From Camelus dromedarius (lineage: Eukaryota), in NCBI RefSeq assembly GCF_036321535.1, contig NC_087437.1:121212001-121276000 (forward strand): 64,000 bases of DNA, given 5' to 3'. Below the pieces are notes generated by a model. That model was given only the letters and a program-made list of their open reading frames with translations, did no database searches and had not been told where the DNA came from. This document shows positions 48,131-59,949 of this stretch, one piece after another. How positions within the stretch are numbered: the stretch's first letter is position 1; every line of letters starts with the position of its first letter. The translations under genes were made by a program, and so were the position numbers.

Positions 48131-50606
48131 CTCAGGCCCAGCTGCAGTTGCAGTGAGAACATCCATGAAGAAGTCATTTGGTGCCCCGTGGCTGTCCTCA
48201 CACAGGTTTTAGGTTTGAAAAAGTAAGAAGATTGGCGATTGTGCTCGTTTTAATCGTGTCAGTGTGATTCTGGATTCAGCTCCACCAAGAGAGGAGCTTT
48301 GGGAGACTGAGGACGGAGCAGAGCAGCAGACACCCTGCACCCTCCCCGCTTCTGGGTGGGCTCCCTCCCAGCCGCCAGCCCGCCGACCAGCAGAACCCCG
48401 AGGCCGCAGGTCCAGACTTCCCCGCCCACCCCCTTGGCAGTACCCCAGGCCACTGCTTCAGGAGGCGGGGCGGCTGCTGTCATCTTCCTCCAGCCCCATC
48501 AGGCCCCTGGCTGCTCTGGCTTCTCAGCTGTGTAATGTGTACCCAGATAATTAAATTACTGAGTCCTTTTTTCATAATATTCATGGTGGTTCTCCTCCTG
48601 ATTGACCCACTGTGATCGGTGACCTATTCATGCTTCTTAGAACTCCATTGACTTTAAAAAAAGCAAGCACTTTTAGTACTTTGTGTCTCTGCCACGCAAG
48701 GGTATATGCACCTTTTTAAAAAAAGGCTATCTTCACAACACTTATCCTACATACTCTTCTGCAGGATTTTCCATGGAATGTCCTGTCTAGTTTTCTAGCA
48801 TGGCATATAACTTAACCATTTTTTGTCTCCTGTGTTCCTGGATGCAGCCTCAGGGCATGGTCGTGGCAAGAAGGATCTGTTGAGTTGAATAAAATTAAAC
48901 AGTGCAAACAAACCTCACAATTATGCATATTTTAGGGTGGAGGTGTCACAAAAACTCAGTCCAACTAGGTCTTTTTAAATACCATGGTGATTTATTAAAA
49001 ACAACATGGTACTTTTAGACAGTTTCAAAGAGTGATGGATTTGTACAAATCCTCATGAGGTTTCCTCCTCTGGTTCCAAGTAGCTGCCCTCTCCTGTGAT
49101 CAAACCATACCCTGACCCCCCCAGAGCCAGTCAGGGGGCAGAAGGTGTGGTTCCCATGCCTACTAAAGGAAAACTCCACTGTTCACTTACAGGAAGTGTG
49201 GGTGAGGACAAGCATTATCATCATGACGCTCAGGTAACAGCCTGTCGGTTGCTGGTTATTTTCTGAACTGTATCCATGTGTGTGTCACTGATAATCTTTC
49301 TAGACATCACTTTCTTGTGTGTTCTTCAATTATTTTCAGCAATGTGGTGCACAGCTTGTACCAGGATTACTTTCAAGTGGCAAAAACCGAAAATACGAGT
49401 TGTCAACATGTTGGAAGTCTCCTCGGTATGGTTGCTGGGGCCTCCAGGGAGCCAGGAGTCTTCCTCCTCGTGGCTGTCACTTGTTCCCTATCTGCGATTC
49501 AAGTGTGTTTCTGTTTGCTAAAGCTGGCAACTCTCAGCTCCGGTCAGTCAGTTCTCATGTCCCAAGGGTTCTGAGTAACAGGTGTGTGATACCAAAAGGC
49601 TTCACACACAGGAGAGGCCAGCAAGTTCAGAATAAAACTAGTATCTTCTAAATCTTTGGGAACCAAAGTCCTGAAGTATAAAAATGATCTCCTGTTTCAC
49701 CATAGAGCGATATTAGTACGTGCTTCCCCAGCTGCACTGCTAGGCTGGCACTGCCCCGTGTGCCTGGGACTGAGGGTTCCTGGGATGTGGGACTTCCAGT
49801 GCTGAAACTGGGACCCAGGGCACCAAGAACAGGATAAAGAGGGCCTGTCTCCTCCTGAATCGTGAATTTGACCCAAGATCCTGGGAGTTAGGTTCATGTA
49901 ACAACATTTTAAAAACCGGAATACCAACAGGTCTGTTACCCTAAATGAACAATTTGCATACACTTCTAAGAAAAAAGTCGACCTTAAGGACATTCCCTGC
50001 TCCTCTTCTATCGGGTGTTGTGGGTGGACGTTCAAGCAGCTCTAAATGTTCCCAAGTAAACGCAGAGCTGCTCTCCAAACTCAAGGCACCTGACGGGGCC
50101 CTCTCCTTGCAAGGGCAGGGGCTGCTCTGCTGGGTACACACACCCCTCCCTCTGTCCCTGCACTGTCACCTGCCTGCTGCTGCTGGAAATGGATCAAGTG
50201 CTCCATGTGCCCACTGCCCCTGACCTTCCAGCTTGCGCTCACCTTGCCTGATGCACTAACTAAAACAGCTGTCATTTTAACCCAGGTTTTGTCACAGTGC
50301 AGGATGTGGAAAGTTCTCAAATTAGTGTCAACTCACCTCCGTTTCAGAACAGGTGAGGGAGTAGGTTGTCAACTGCACAAAGGAAAATGGTCCTAAGATT
50401 CAAATACCAGAAATGTTAAGTCCAGAGTAACATCGACTCGCCACACAGGACGCACATAAGAGGAAAGGGGAGAGCCTGTGAGGGTGGGAGGGTGGCCTGG
50501 GCAGAAAACACCGCCCACTGGGAAGGTCTGCAGGTGTGCAGGGGCCTCACCGGATGGTCACCACAAACACTGACTGCGACGTGATGCCCAACCTCCAGAT
50601 GCAGCA

Positions 50607-50648
50607 TTTAATCCAAGCCCAGAGACAGAATACCAAACTATATTTACT
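50607..50648 (-). terminator. Candidate distal poly(A) region of SUMO3 (AGTAAA 50643-50648, ATTAAA 50607-50612)
   Basis: Variant hexamers preceded by TGTA elements about 1.25 kb past the stop. A canonical AATAAA also lies at 51327-51332. Confidence 0.5.
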
Positions 50649-51878
50649 GTTTACAGTAGTAAAGGACAACAAAGAATGTACAAGCTGGTGCATAAACACA
50701 ACAGAGCCAGCAGACATCCCACGGGTGCCCCGACAGCAAAATACAAAGACACAAACATCTTCAGCAAGGTCTCAGGCAAGCAAGAGACGACGGTGGTGTC
50801 GAGCTCTCCAGGGGGCAGGACAGGCAGAGAAGGGCCCTCGGGCAGCAGTGTGTCCACACAGAAGGACAACAGGACAACTACCAAAGTTTCATCGGGACAG
50901 ACCCCAAAACGCTTCACAGAACTGAAATCACACACTGATGTGGAAGCTGCACACCAACCTGGAGAGCAGGGCAGAGTCCGTGAGGACACAGGTCATCTCT
51001 CACCAGCTTCGCCTGTAACCACACTTTGAAATTGCTCCTTTACACAAAAAGGTAACTGCAAATCAGCAATGCTTAATCTGACTTTTTTATAAACAGACCG
51101 TCGTCATTCATCAGAAGCAAATGCTAGAAGGAATCTGAGGCCCTGGTGCTACTTCCAGGTGAGACATGTAAGAACTTCTTTCTTCTACAGTAAGAAAAGG
51201 GGAAAAGCCAATTTTCGCTGCACCAGGTTTTTCCAGTGCAGCGTCACTGGGCCAGGCCGTGGGTGGTGACAAGTCCTGGACCCCAGACCCCACCTGGGGA
51301 ACATGTTACTGAAGAACTTCTTACCTTTTATTTTAGGAAACATTCCAGGATTTTCCCTTCAACTTCACTATACTCTGACAAAGCTTAAATCTGCAATGTT
51401 TAGCATTGACAAAACCTGTGCCCACAAGAAATGGAAGTGGGAGTTCATCTCCCATCCCAATCGTGCCCTGCAAACTCGCCCCACAGAAGCATCCCCACTG
51501 TGGTGACAGGAGTTCTCTACATGATTGGAATGAGCTGGTGGGGGCACCTGGGGTGAGAGCCCCGTCTAGATGAAAAGCGGACATTCAGCCACAAGTTTGA
51601 GGGAAATGCTACAGGAGAGAAGAAAAAACAAACAGAAGTAAAATCAAAACCAAAAACCCTCCCAATGCCTTTCACCCCAGCAGAGGGATGAACTGGGATG
51701 GGCGAGAGAGGCCAGGACGTGTCCTCGCCGTTCTGAGCTGCGTCCCTCCGGATGTCAGAGAGGAAAGTCATTTTGGTGAATGTCCTCAGGTGTCCACAGC
51801 CTCCTTGGCGATTGGCATGGTCACGCGTGCACTATCCAATGGCAAAGATGAGCTCGGTGACACAAGGGGACGGTCCCT

Positions 51879-51971
51879 CTACAGGCCGCACTCGGAGAGG
51901 CAGCCGGTCCCCCTGGAGCCCCCCGTCTGCTGCTGGAACACGTCAATGGTGTCTTCGTCCTCCATCTCCAA
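51879..51971 (-). CDS. SUMO3: SUMO3 coding exon 4 (93 nt, [30 protein letters not shown])
   Basis: Acceptor CCCACCAG, di-glycine motif QQTGG, 12-aa propeptide and TAG. Exons sum to 315 nt = 104 aa + stop. Confidence 0.97.
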
Positions 51972-53426
51972 CTGGTGGGCACAGGGGGAGGCCATTAGTT
52001 ACATCACAGGAGCGGAAACGCTCAGCCGAACACGCAGGGTCACTGGACGGCCTCCCTCCCGCCGGGGACACAGCCGGGAGGCACCCAAGCTCTGACCGGC
52101 CCTCGGGTGGACACGCCGGGGAGAGGCTCAGCAGTGGATTTCCAGTGAGCCCTACTTATGCACCAGGCTCCCCCAGCCAAACTCACAAAAAATGGTCAAA
52201 GTTAAGGACTTGACCTGATAGAAAAACTAAGTCTCATTAAAAATAAACTGTCTAAAATTTTACCAAAACTTACGCAAAATTAGACCCCCGCTGGGAGTGT
52301 GCGATGAGCAGCACTCAGTCCTGGGGACCGGCAGGGGCCACGCACTTTCTAACAGCGTGGCGGGTCGGGCCCGAGATGGCCGAGCCAACTCCATCCCCAA
52401 AGAAGGGGCGCCTCCTGCCTCCGCACCCAAGACCAGGCAGGGATGGAGCAAGTTTCCCGCCCACCTCTTTCTGACACGGTGGACCTCTGCCCAGTCTCTG
52501 AACAAAAGGAAGCTTCTGCAGTCACACAGAGACTCACTAGGGCTGGGAGCAGTAATGTGTCCCAGAAACTTACTCAGAAGCAAAGAGAAGGACCGTCTGG
52601 GGGTTGGGGGCCTGCTGCAGACACTATGCTCACGGTCACAGGCCACAGCTGAGTGAGGGGCTGGAGGGGGAGCCCGGCCCCGAGGCCCTGAGCTCTGAGC
52701 TCGTGCCTTCCCCCATCCCCCCCCCCCCCCCGAGTGCAAGGCCATCGGGGACGCCCGCCGCTGACCGCTCCATCTCAGCCCCGGAAGGGCCCCTAACAGG
52801 AGCAGAAAAAAAGCCTCGGTGTGGCTGCGCTTTCGCACCACACAGTCCGATCCTCCCAGCTCTGTAGGGGGGAAGACGGGCATCGTCCCTGCTTCACAGG
52901 TGCCAGACGTCCGCGGCCGAGGGACAGGAGCGGCCCGACCCTCAGTCTCCACCCGCGGCCGCGCCAGGCGCTCTCACCCGGCGGAGCTGTGCGAGCCGGC
53001 AGGTGCTCCAGGGCTAGCCGCGGGGGCCCACGACGAACCGTGCCCTCCCCACCCCTCTCATGCACAAAGGCTCGGGGGGCGCGACACTGAGCCAGGAATT
53101 CAGCCTCAAGCTGCCTGATGCCACAAACTCAGCGTCCAGACCGCAGGGGGAGGGCGGCTGCGTCGGCCCGGCCTCCCGGAGACGCTCGGGGACGAGCACG
53201 CGGTCCTCGTCCCTGACCCCAGGCCACCTCGCCAAGTACATTTCTTCGGAAAACCCAGCGTTGAAATTTAATAATTAAAAAAATATATATATGGTAATTA
53301 AAACCGCTAAGAAAACGTGAGGTGTTCCAAACCAGCGCTGATCAGCGGCTCTCAAACACAAGCGGCCCGGGGGCAGCTGCTCAGACGCGAGTCGGAAGCA
53401 GCCCGCGAGCGCATGCGCAGTTGTAC

Positions 53427-53498
53427 CTGTGCCGGGGTGTCTGTTTCGTTAATTGGTTGTCCATCAAACCTGAATCGAATCTGTCTCATCGACAAGCC
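53427..53498 (-). CDS. SUMO3: SUMO3 coding exon 3 (72 nt, [24 protein letters not shown])
   Basis: Acceptor CTTTTTCTTCTCAG and donor CAG|GTACAA; phase 0-0. Confidence 0.98.
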
Positions 53499-55375
53499 CT
53501 GAGAAGAAAAAGCAGTCGTCGTGAAATACCCCCAGCTAGCACCTCAATTCAGAACCCAGACGTCTGCATCGGCGCCAGGCGTCTGGGCCCACGGGCGCAC
53601 CGCCCAGCTGGTCCCAGAGCCGCAGCCGCCCCCGGGACGGCGTGTCGGCAGCCACTGCCCTGCTTCTCAGCTCCTGCTGCCCTCACCGCCCCCCTTCCCC
53701 TCCGCGAGCCGAGCCGAGTTTCTACTCCGCGGCACCATCACTTCCTCCCCCAGAAAAAGTTCTCAGAAGCACGTCCAGTGACCAGGGGCACGCGATGAGA
53801 AGCCTGCGTGACCGGGGAGCCGCCTCTCTGCGTCCTGAGGGAATGGACCATGTGCTCGTGGTCAGGGCGCAGATCCAGTTCGCCCGGACAGACGGGATCG
53901 AAGCTCGCATCTCTGCTCCCCCCGAAACCTTCCAGTACGATATGAAGAAATTAAAACTGCGTCAGCAACAAGGACAAAGAGAACAGGATGGGGACGGGCC
54001 AGTGGCCAAAGGACACCACCTCTGGGCTGCAAGCTGTGGGCACTTGACCCCAAGGTGTGGGGGGGGGCAAGAGCCCCGAGAGGCCAAGGGGCAGGGCACA
54101 CAGGCAGGTGAGGCAGAGGGGCAGCTGACTGGGGATGACCACTTGGAAGTCTGTATCAGACCCCCTAATCTGGGCCCCCAACCCCAAGAGGTCAGGCACT
54201 CCCTCCCACCAGCAGGAAGTCCACTCTCTGGAGAGGTGGACTCAGAGCCCCGGGCTCAGGACAACAGGCAAGGGGGGCAGTGACGCCGTGGAAGAAGCAG
54301 ATGAGTGGCCGCCAGTCCCAGCCCCGAGCCCCACCCCTCCTCCCCTTCATGCTCCCAGGGCACAGGCAGGGGTGGGGGGTGGACGAGGGAAGACGATGGG
54401 GAGAAGGGGGGCGGTGCCTTCCGGAACATGTAACCACTCACAGATGGCAACACCTGGGGGCCCCCACAAACCACCAGTGCAGGCAGGTCACCCCACAGCA
54501 GCATGCTGGACCTGTCGACACAGCCAGGCGTGCAGCACAGGGGAAGGGAGGGGTCAGAGGACCCGAGAACACACACACACAGACACGCGCTCTCATGCAT
54601 ACACAGATGCACATGCATGCACGCACGCACGCATGTGCGCTCTAACACAGACACACACGGATGAGCACACACCTCTGAAGCTCTCAGGGAGACAGAAAAC
54701 AACAGAAAGGTCCGCTGGGGGAAAAGGAGCCTCAGAAAACAAACAGAAAACTTTTGAAAATTAGAAATCATGACATAAATAAAGCTGCGATCTTCTCTGA
54801 GGAGCAACATCTGAAAGGGGGGAAGAAAAGGAAGGACTGGGGCTCTTTTAGGGTCTTTTTTTTTTTTTTAATAACAACAAAAAGCCCAAGGCAAGGACCA
54901 TCGAAGCCACAAACAGAGACTAAGGTCAAGTACTTGCAGAGCATCCCGGAGGGGAAGAGGCTGGCCAGGCCGCAGGGCACGGGCCCGCACACCCACTCCT
55001 CACCACGGTACAGGGGACCACCAGAGGGCACAAAGGGACCGAGGGGCCCGGGGCACAGTGACGCTCAGGACACAACGACCCTCAAAGTGGTCAGTCTGCC
55101 TGGTCACCAGGAGAGGGCATGGTCCTCTGCTCCTCATCCTGAAAAGTGGTAAATAATGGGCAAGAATCAAGCACTGTCTGGACACCAAACTGTGCCCAGG
55201 GTAGCATCTCCACAGACACGAAGGAGGGATGGGGCCCACACGCAACCGCTGCTCTGATTCCAACAGCACCAAGAAGACGGCACCCCCAACCAGGGGCACC
55301 ACGGGCCCTGCCCACTCAACACAGAGCGACCCACCAGCCTGGAGGGAGGTGGCGGAAGAGAGCACCCCCAAGGGC

Positions 55376-55482
55376 GGTGCACACACGCACCTATGCACAT
55401 ACACAGGCGCACGCACACATGCACACGCACACCAGCATGCGCACACATGTGCACACACGCAGGCACACGCGTGCACGCGCAC
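55376..55482. repeat. Degenerate (CA/CG)n purine-pyrimidine tract abutting the SUMO3 exon 2 donor
   Basis: Read directly. A second similar tract lies at about 54568-54660. Confidence 0.85.
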
Positions 55483-55611
55483 CTGGCGCTCGCAGTAGGC
55501 CTTCATGAGCTTGCTCAGCGGCGTGTGCCTCTTGATCTTGAACTGGACAACGGAGCCGTCCTGCCCGGCCACCTTCAGGTTGATGTGGTCATTCTCCGTC
55601 TTCACCCCCTC
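55483..55611 (-). CDS. SUMO3: SUMO3 coding exon 2 (129 nt)
   Basis: Translates [43 protein letters not shown], including the K11 VKTE chain motif. Acceptor CTCTCTGCAG and donor CAG|GTGCGC. Confidence 0.98.
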
Positions 55612-55782
55612 CTGCAGAGAGACATGCACCTGGGCTTCCAGCCAGTCTCCCCACAACCAGCGCCTTGAAGGCCAGTGTTGCGCGGCTGCAGATCTTTTAA
55701 GTCATAAAACCAACCTAATTCTCAGACTTCTCCAGCAGCGCAGCCACACGTGTGACTGTTTTCTTTCTACCCAAAACTTATT

Positions 55783-55930
55783 TTTATTTATTTAAATTTT
55801 TTTTTCTTTTTTGGGGGGGTAATTAGGTTTATTTATTTGTTTATTTACTTATTATTGGAGGTCCTGGGGCTTGAACCCAGGACCTCGTGCATGCTAAGCA
55901 CGTGCTCTCCCCGAGCTCCACCCTCCCCCT
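55783..55930 (-). mobile_element. vic-1-type camelid tRNA-derived SINE in SUMO3 intron 1
   Basis: Same head, B-box GGTTCAAGCCC, AAATAAACCTAATTACC tail and A-run as the copy at about 9.7 kb. A degenerate TSD AACTTAT(T/C)TTTA flanks it. Confidence 0.85.
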
Positions 55931-56879
55931 CAGAACTTATCTTTAACTTCTACTGGCTATGTCAGGAAACGTCCTGCAAAGCGTTTTCAGACTGTCAGTT
56001 CAAGGGGCAGGGGGATCTGCTGAATAGACACAGAAAACAGTGGCGAGAAAAATCCAACTTGTTCTAAGATGACTCTTGTGAGACTAGTAACTGCACGGAC
56101 TAGCGGGTTACTTACACTTACAGAGGCTGGTGAACAAGACAAAACAAGGTAACTGCGGTGTGCAGTCGGGGGTCCTGTGCTGGCCAGTCCCACCCGAACC
56201 GGGTCATCCGCCCTATTCTGTCATGACATGGCGGCTCCGACCTGTGACCACCGCACATGGGGGGCTCTGGCCCCTGGAAACTACTGGGAGCTGATGGAAG
56301 AAGCCTGTGTTCGGAGCTGAGGCTGAGAGCCCGGGGCCAGCTTGGCCAGCTGACACCCTTTGGGAGAAGAGGAGTCTTTTATTTTTGAACAAAATGATGA
56401 AGCAGACCCGAGTCAATCTGCAAATGAAGTTTTTTTGGGGGGCAGGGTTTATTGAAACATAGTTTTTTGTTTTCTTTTTACAATTTATTAATGGAGATCC
56501 TGGGATTTACAAAGTTCTATTCCTTTCTGGTGCACAGCATTATGATTCAGTTATACCTAAAAAATGATACAAATGAACATATTTGCAAAGAAAGTTTTGA
56601 AGGCACTCTAAGCAGGTTTGTTAGTTGTCTCAGCCGACACTCCCTCCTGAGACTCCCGTCCGGTCAGTGCGGACCCGCAGGAGCTGCTGGCCGCCGGCAG
56701 ACTCTCTCTGCCTTCCATGCGGGCCCCTTCCTTTCCTGGCCCCGGGGACTGCGGAATGGGGACCAGGGACCCGCACCTGCCTGCATCCCCGCACGTGTTC
56801 CGGCCCCTAGAGACCCCTCCAATGGGGCTGGGGCCCCTGTGTAAGCCCCTTTCATTCCCCAGAGACTAAGGCTGCATTT

Positions 56880-58900
56880 GTTTTTTTATTTTTTCAAATA
56901 AAGGTTTGTTTGGGCATAATTTGACATTTCCAGAAAAGCTGCAGTCCAGAAGCTCCTAAATCCCCAGCCGGTCTCCCCCGTGTCAGCGCCTCACAGGCTG
57001 CGGCTCACCTTGAGTCCAAGAATCCACCGCGGACACATCACTAGCAACCAAACGCCAAGCGTTCGGGTGTTTCACCAGGTTTTCCACTAATACCCTTTTT
57101 CAGTTCCGGGATCCGACCCATGGTGCCATCTTGCATTTACAGATAAGATTTCTTTTCCATTTCTTCACGGTGTTAAAATACACATAAAATTCACCATTTC
57201 AACCATATTTAAGTTTATGGTCCAGTGGTATAAAATACATTCATAATGTGCAACCATTACCACCATCCATCTCCAGAATTCTTTTCATCTTGTAAAACTG
57301 AAACACTGCCCCATTATACACTAACTCCTCCTTCTCCAGGCCCTGGCAACCCCCGTTTTCCTGTCAATATGAATCTGGCTCCTCCTGGGACCTCACATAA
57401 GTGGATCACACAGTATTTGTCCTTTTGTGACTGGCTTATGTCACTGAGCGTGACGTCCTCCAGGGTCATTCCCGCTGTAGCTGGGGCCAGGCCTTCCTTC
57501 CTCTTCAGGCCTCACTACTGCTCCGATGTGTGTACACACCGTATTTTGCTCATCCACTCATCCACGGACTGACCAGCACTTGGGTTGCTCCACCACTTTA
57601 GCTGCCATGAGTAATGCTGCTGTGATCGTGGGTGTACAAGTACCTCTCTGAGACCCTGCGTTCAATTATTTTGGGTCGATTCCCAGAAGAAGAGTTGCTG
57701 GATCATATGGTAATTCTATTTTTAAGTTTTGGAGGAAGCTGCCGGACTGTTTTCCACACAGCTGCTACATATGGAGAACCGACAGGTAACAGGGTAGGTC
57801 ATGTCTGCGCGAGGATGCCTCACTTCTCAGGGACAGACAGGAGCCGATCTGACTCCTGAAACTCCTGCAGCCATCCTGCCATCACCGCCTGACGGCAAAG
57901 CCATGCACAGAAGACAGCGAGGCATCAACAGACAGGCTTCCTGAGCCAGCAATTCCTCCAGCATTTCCACTTCACATCCTCCCCGACACCTGCTGTTCCT
58001 GTTTTGTTTTTGCTTTGTTTTTCTCAGAGCAGCAATCCCAGTGGATGTGAGGCAGTCCCTTGCTGTCGTTTCAATTTGCAGTTCCCTGGTTAGTGGTGTT
58101 GAGCATCCTTCCATGTGCTTATTGGCCATTTGTGGATCTTCTTTGCAGAAATGTCTACTCAAGCTCTTTGCTCATTTTTTGATCAGGTTGCTTGTTTTCT
58201 TGTTGCCGAGCTGTAGGAGTTCTCCATATATTCTGGGTATTGAACCCTATCAGATATACGATGAGAAAGGAAAATCAAAATGGGGTCGGTGCTGCTCAGA
58301 GAGTATCTCAAACGGAGCCATAAGGCCACTGAGGACGGGGATGGAATCTGACTCTGTGACTCCATCCTGTCCTGACGATGGCGTCCATGACACCTGCCAC
58401 ACACTCGGGACACCTATGGGACAGCCACTCCTGAAGGACAAACACTTCTTTCTGTGTCAGAGCACAGCTTTGTGGCTTTTCTTTCATAAGCCCCTGACTC
58501 TTTCTTTTCCCCAGAAAGCTCTTTTGGTTTTACCCAAATCTGTGTCTCCCAAACTGCAATTCTTAGGACCCCAAATAAATTCTTCTTTTATTTGCTGCCG
58601 TCTGTTTTTTTTTTTTCCGGTTGATAGCAATTTGCATATATCCTCTCCCCTTCTACGAGCTGCCTTTTTACTCTATTCATAGTGTCTTCCAATGTACAAA
58701 ATTTTTAAATTTTTATGAAGTCTGGTTTCTCTATTTTTATTTCTTGTTACCTGTGCCTTTGGTGTCATATCCATGAAATCACTGCCAAGTCCAATGTCGT
58801 GGAGTTTTTGTCCTATGTTTTCTCCTAAAAGTTTCATAGTTTTGGATCTTACATTTAGGTCCTTGATCCATCTTGAGTTAATCTTTGCATATGGCATTAA
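56880..58900 (-). mobile_element. Old LINE-1 fragments in SUMO3 intron 1
   Basis: ORF 58673-58897 ([39 protein letters not shown]) is L1 ORF2. A typical L1 3' UTR lies at 57150-57770. Confidence 0.85.
58262..58626 (+). mobile_element. Probable solo ERV LTR nested in L1
   Basis: Interrupts contiguous L1 text (CAGATATACGA|...|TTTGCATATATC). Starts TG, ends GTTGATA (decayed ..CA), and has AATAAA at 58574-58579. Confidence 0.6.
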
Positions 58901-59949
58901 TTAGGATCCATGTGGAGAGAGGATGCATTTGCTTTTCTAGTGAAAAGATATAGGTGTGTCTAGAACAAAGCAATGCAGGGGCCAGAACACAAAGCAAACA
59001 AACAGGGCAGCGGCTGCAGACCAGGCAGAGAAAAGCACCGAGAACAAACGGCAGGCCCCGGGTGAGTTCTCAGTAAACAAGTGAACGCATGAGTGAAAAA
59101 GAAAAGAAAGAGAAGAAGAGAAACCCTAAAGACCACCACCACAGTTCACGACAGTCAGTCCCCTTCGAGGCGGAACTGGTTCCCCAACTGACCCACAAGG
59201 CTTCTTTTCCACAAAGATGGCCCAGGAGTGGGCCTCCCACCCTCTCTGCCGCAGGCCTGGAGGAGAGCGCGGCTGCAGGAGCCTGAGCCCCAACCCGGGA
59301 GGCGCCGAGGGCGCGGCGGGCAAGGGTGGGGCGTGCGGCGCAGCCATCCAGTCGTTTTGGAAGTAGTTAAAACAAGTTTATTCAGCCCAGCCGGGCCGTG
59401 GACCTCGACCACGTGGGGGAGGTAAGTTTAAACGCCCTGGAGGAATGAGTAGTGTGTGTATTCCACTGCATTTAACCTGCAGTAAGAGGAGGCCACCTAG
59501 AAGACAGACAGAAGGCATTTACACTTGGCCTCGGACAAACAAAGGACCCACGGGAGAGCAGCTTAAAACGAAGGCAGCTCCGACTGCTTCTGCAGACCCG
59601 AGGCTCCGGGAGGGCGACCTTCTCACACCACGGCAGGGGAGGGCAGGCTTCCTCCGAGCCCCCACCATGGCCCCCTGACCCGGGGCTCCCGGCAGGCCCA
59701 CCCCAACCCCAGCTCTGCCTCCCGTGTGTGCTGGGCTCCAGTCTCAGCTGCGGGGTGGGACAACCTCCAGCAGCAGCTGGTATCGGAGGAAGCCTGCACG
59801 CAAAGCATTCAACTCGGAGCAGATCTTACACTTGAAAAACACAGACCCCAAGAGTGCAGACGAAAAGCTCCAGAAACTTGCTTTTAATGACAGTAGAGAG
59901 CACACCCGCGGGCCTTCCCAAGGGCTGCAGGCCAGCGCACCAGAGCCCG

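Noticed and set aside
35715..53498. In-frame SUMO3-UBE2G2 fusion protein by read-through splicing
   Set aside because: All SUMO3 introns are phase 0, while UBE2G2 internal exons begin in phase 1 or 2, so splicing between the annotated sites shifts the frame.
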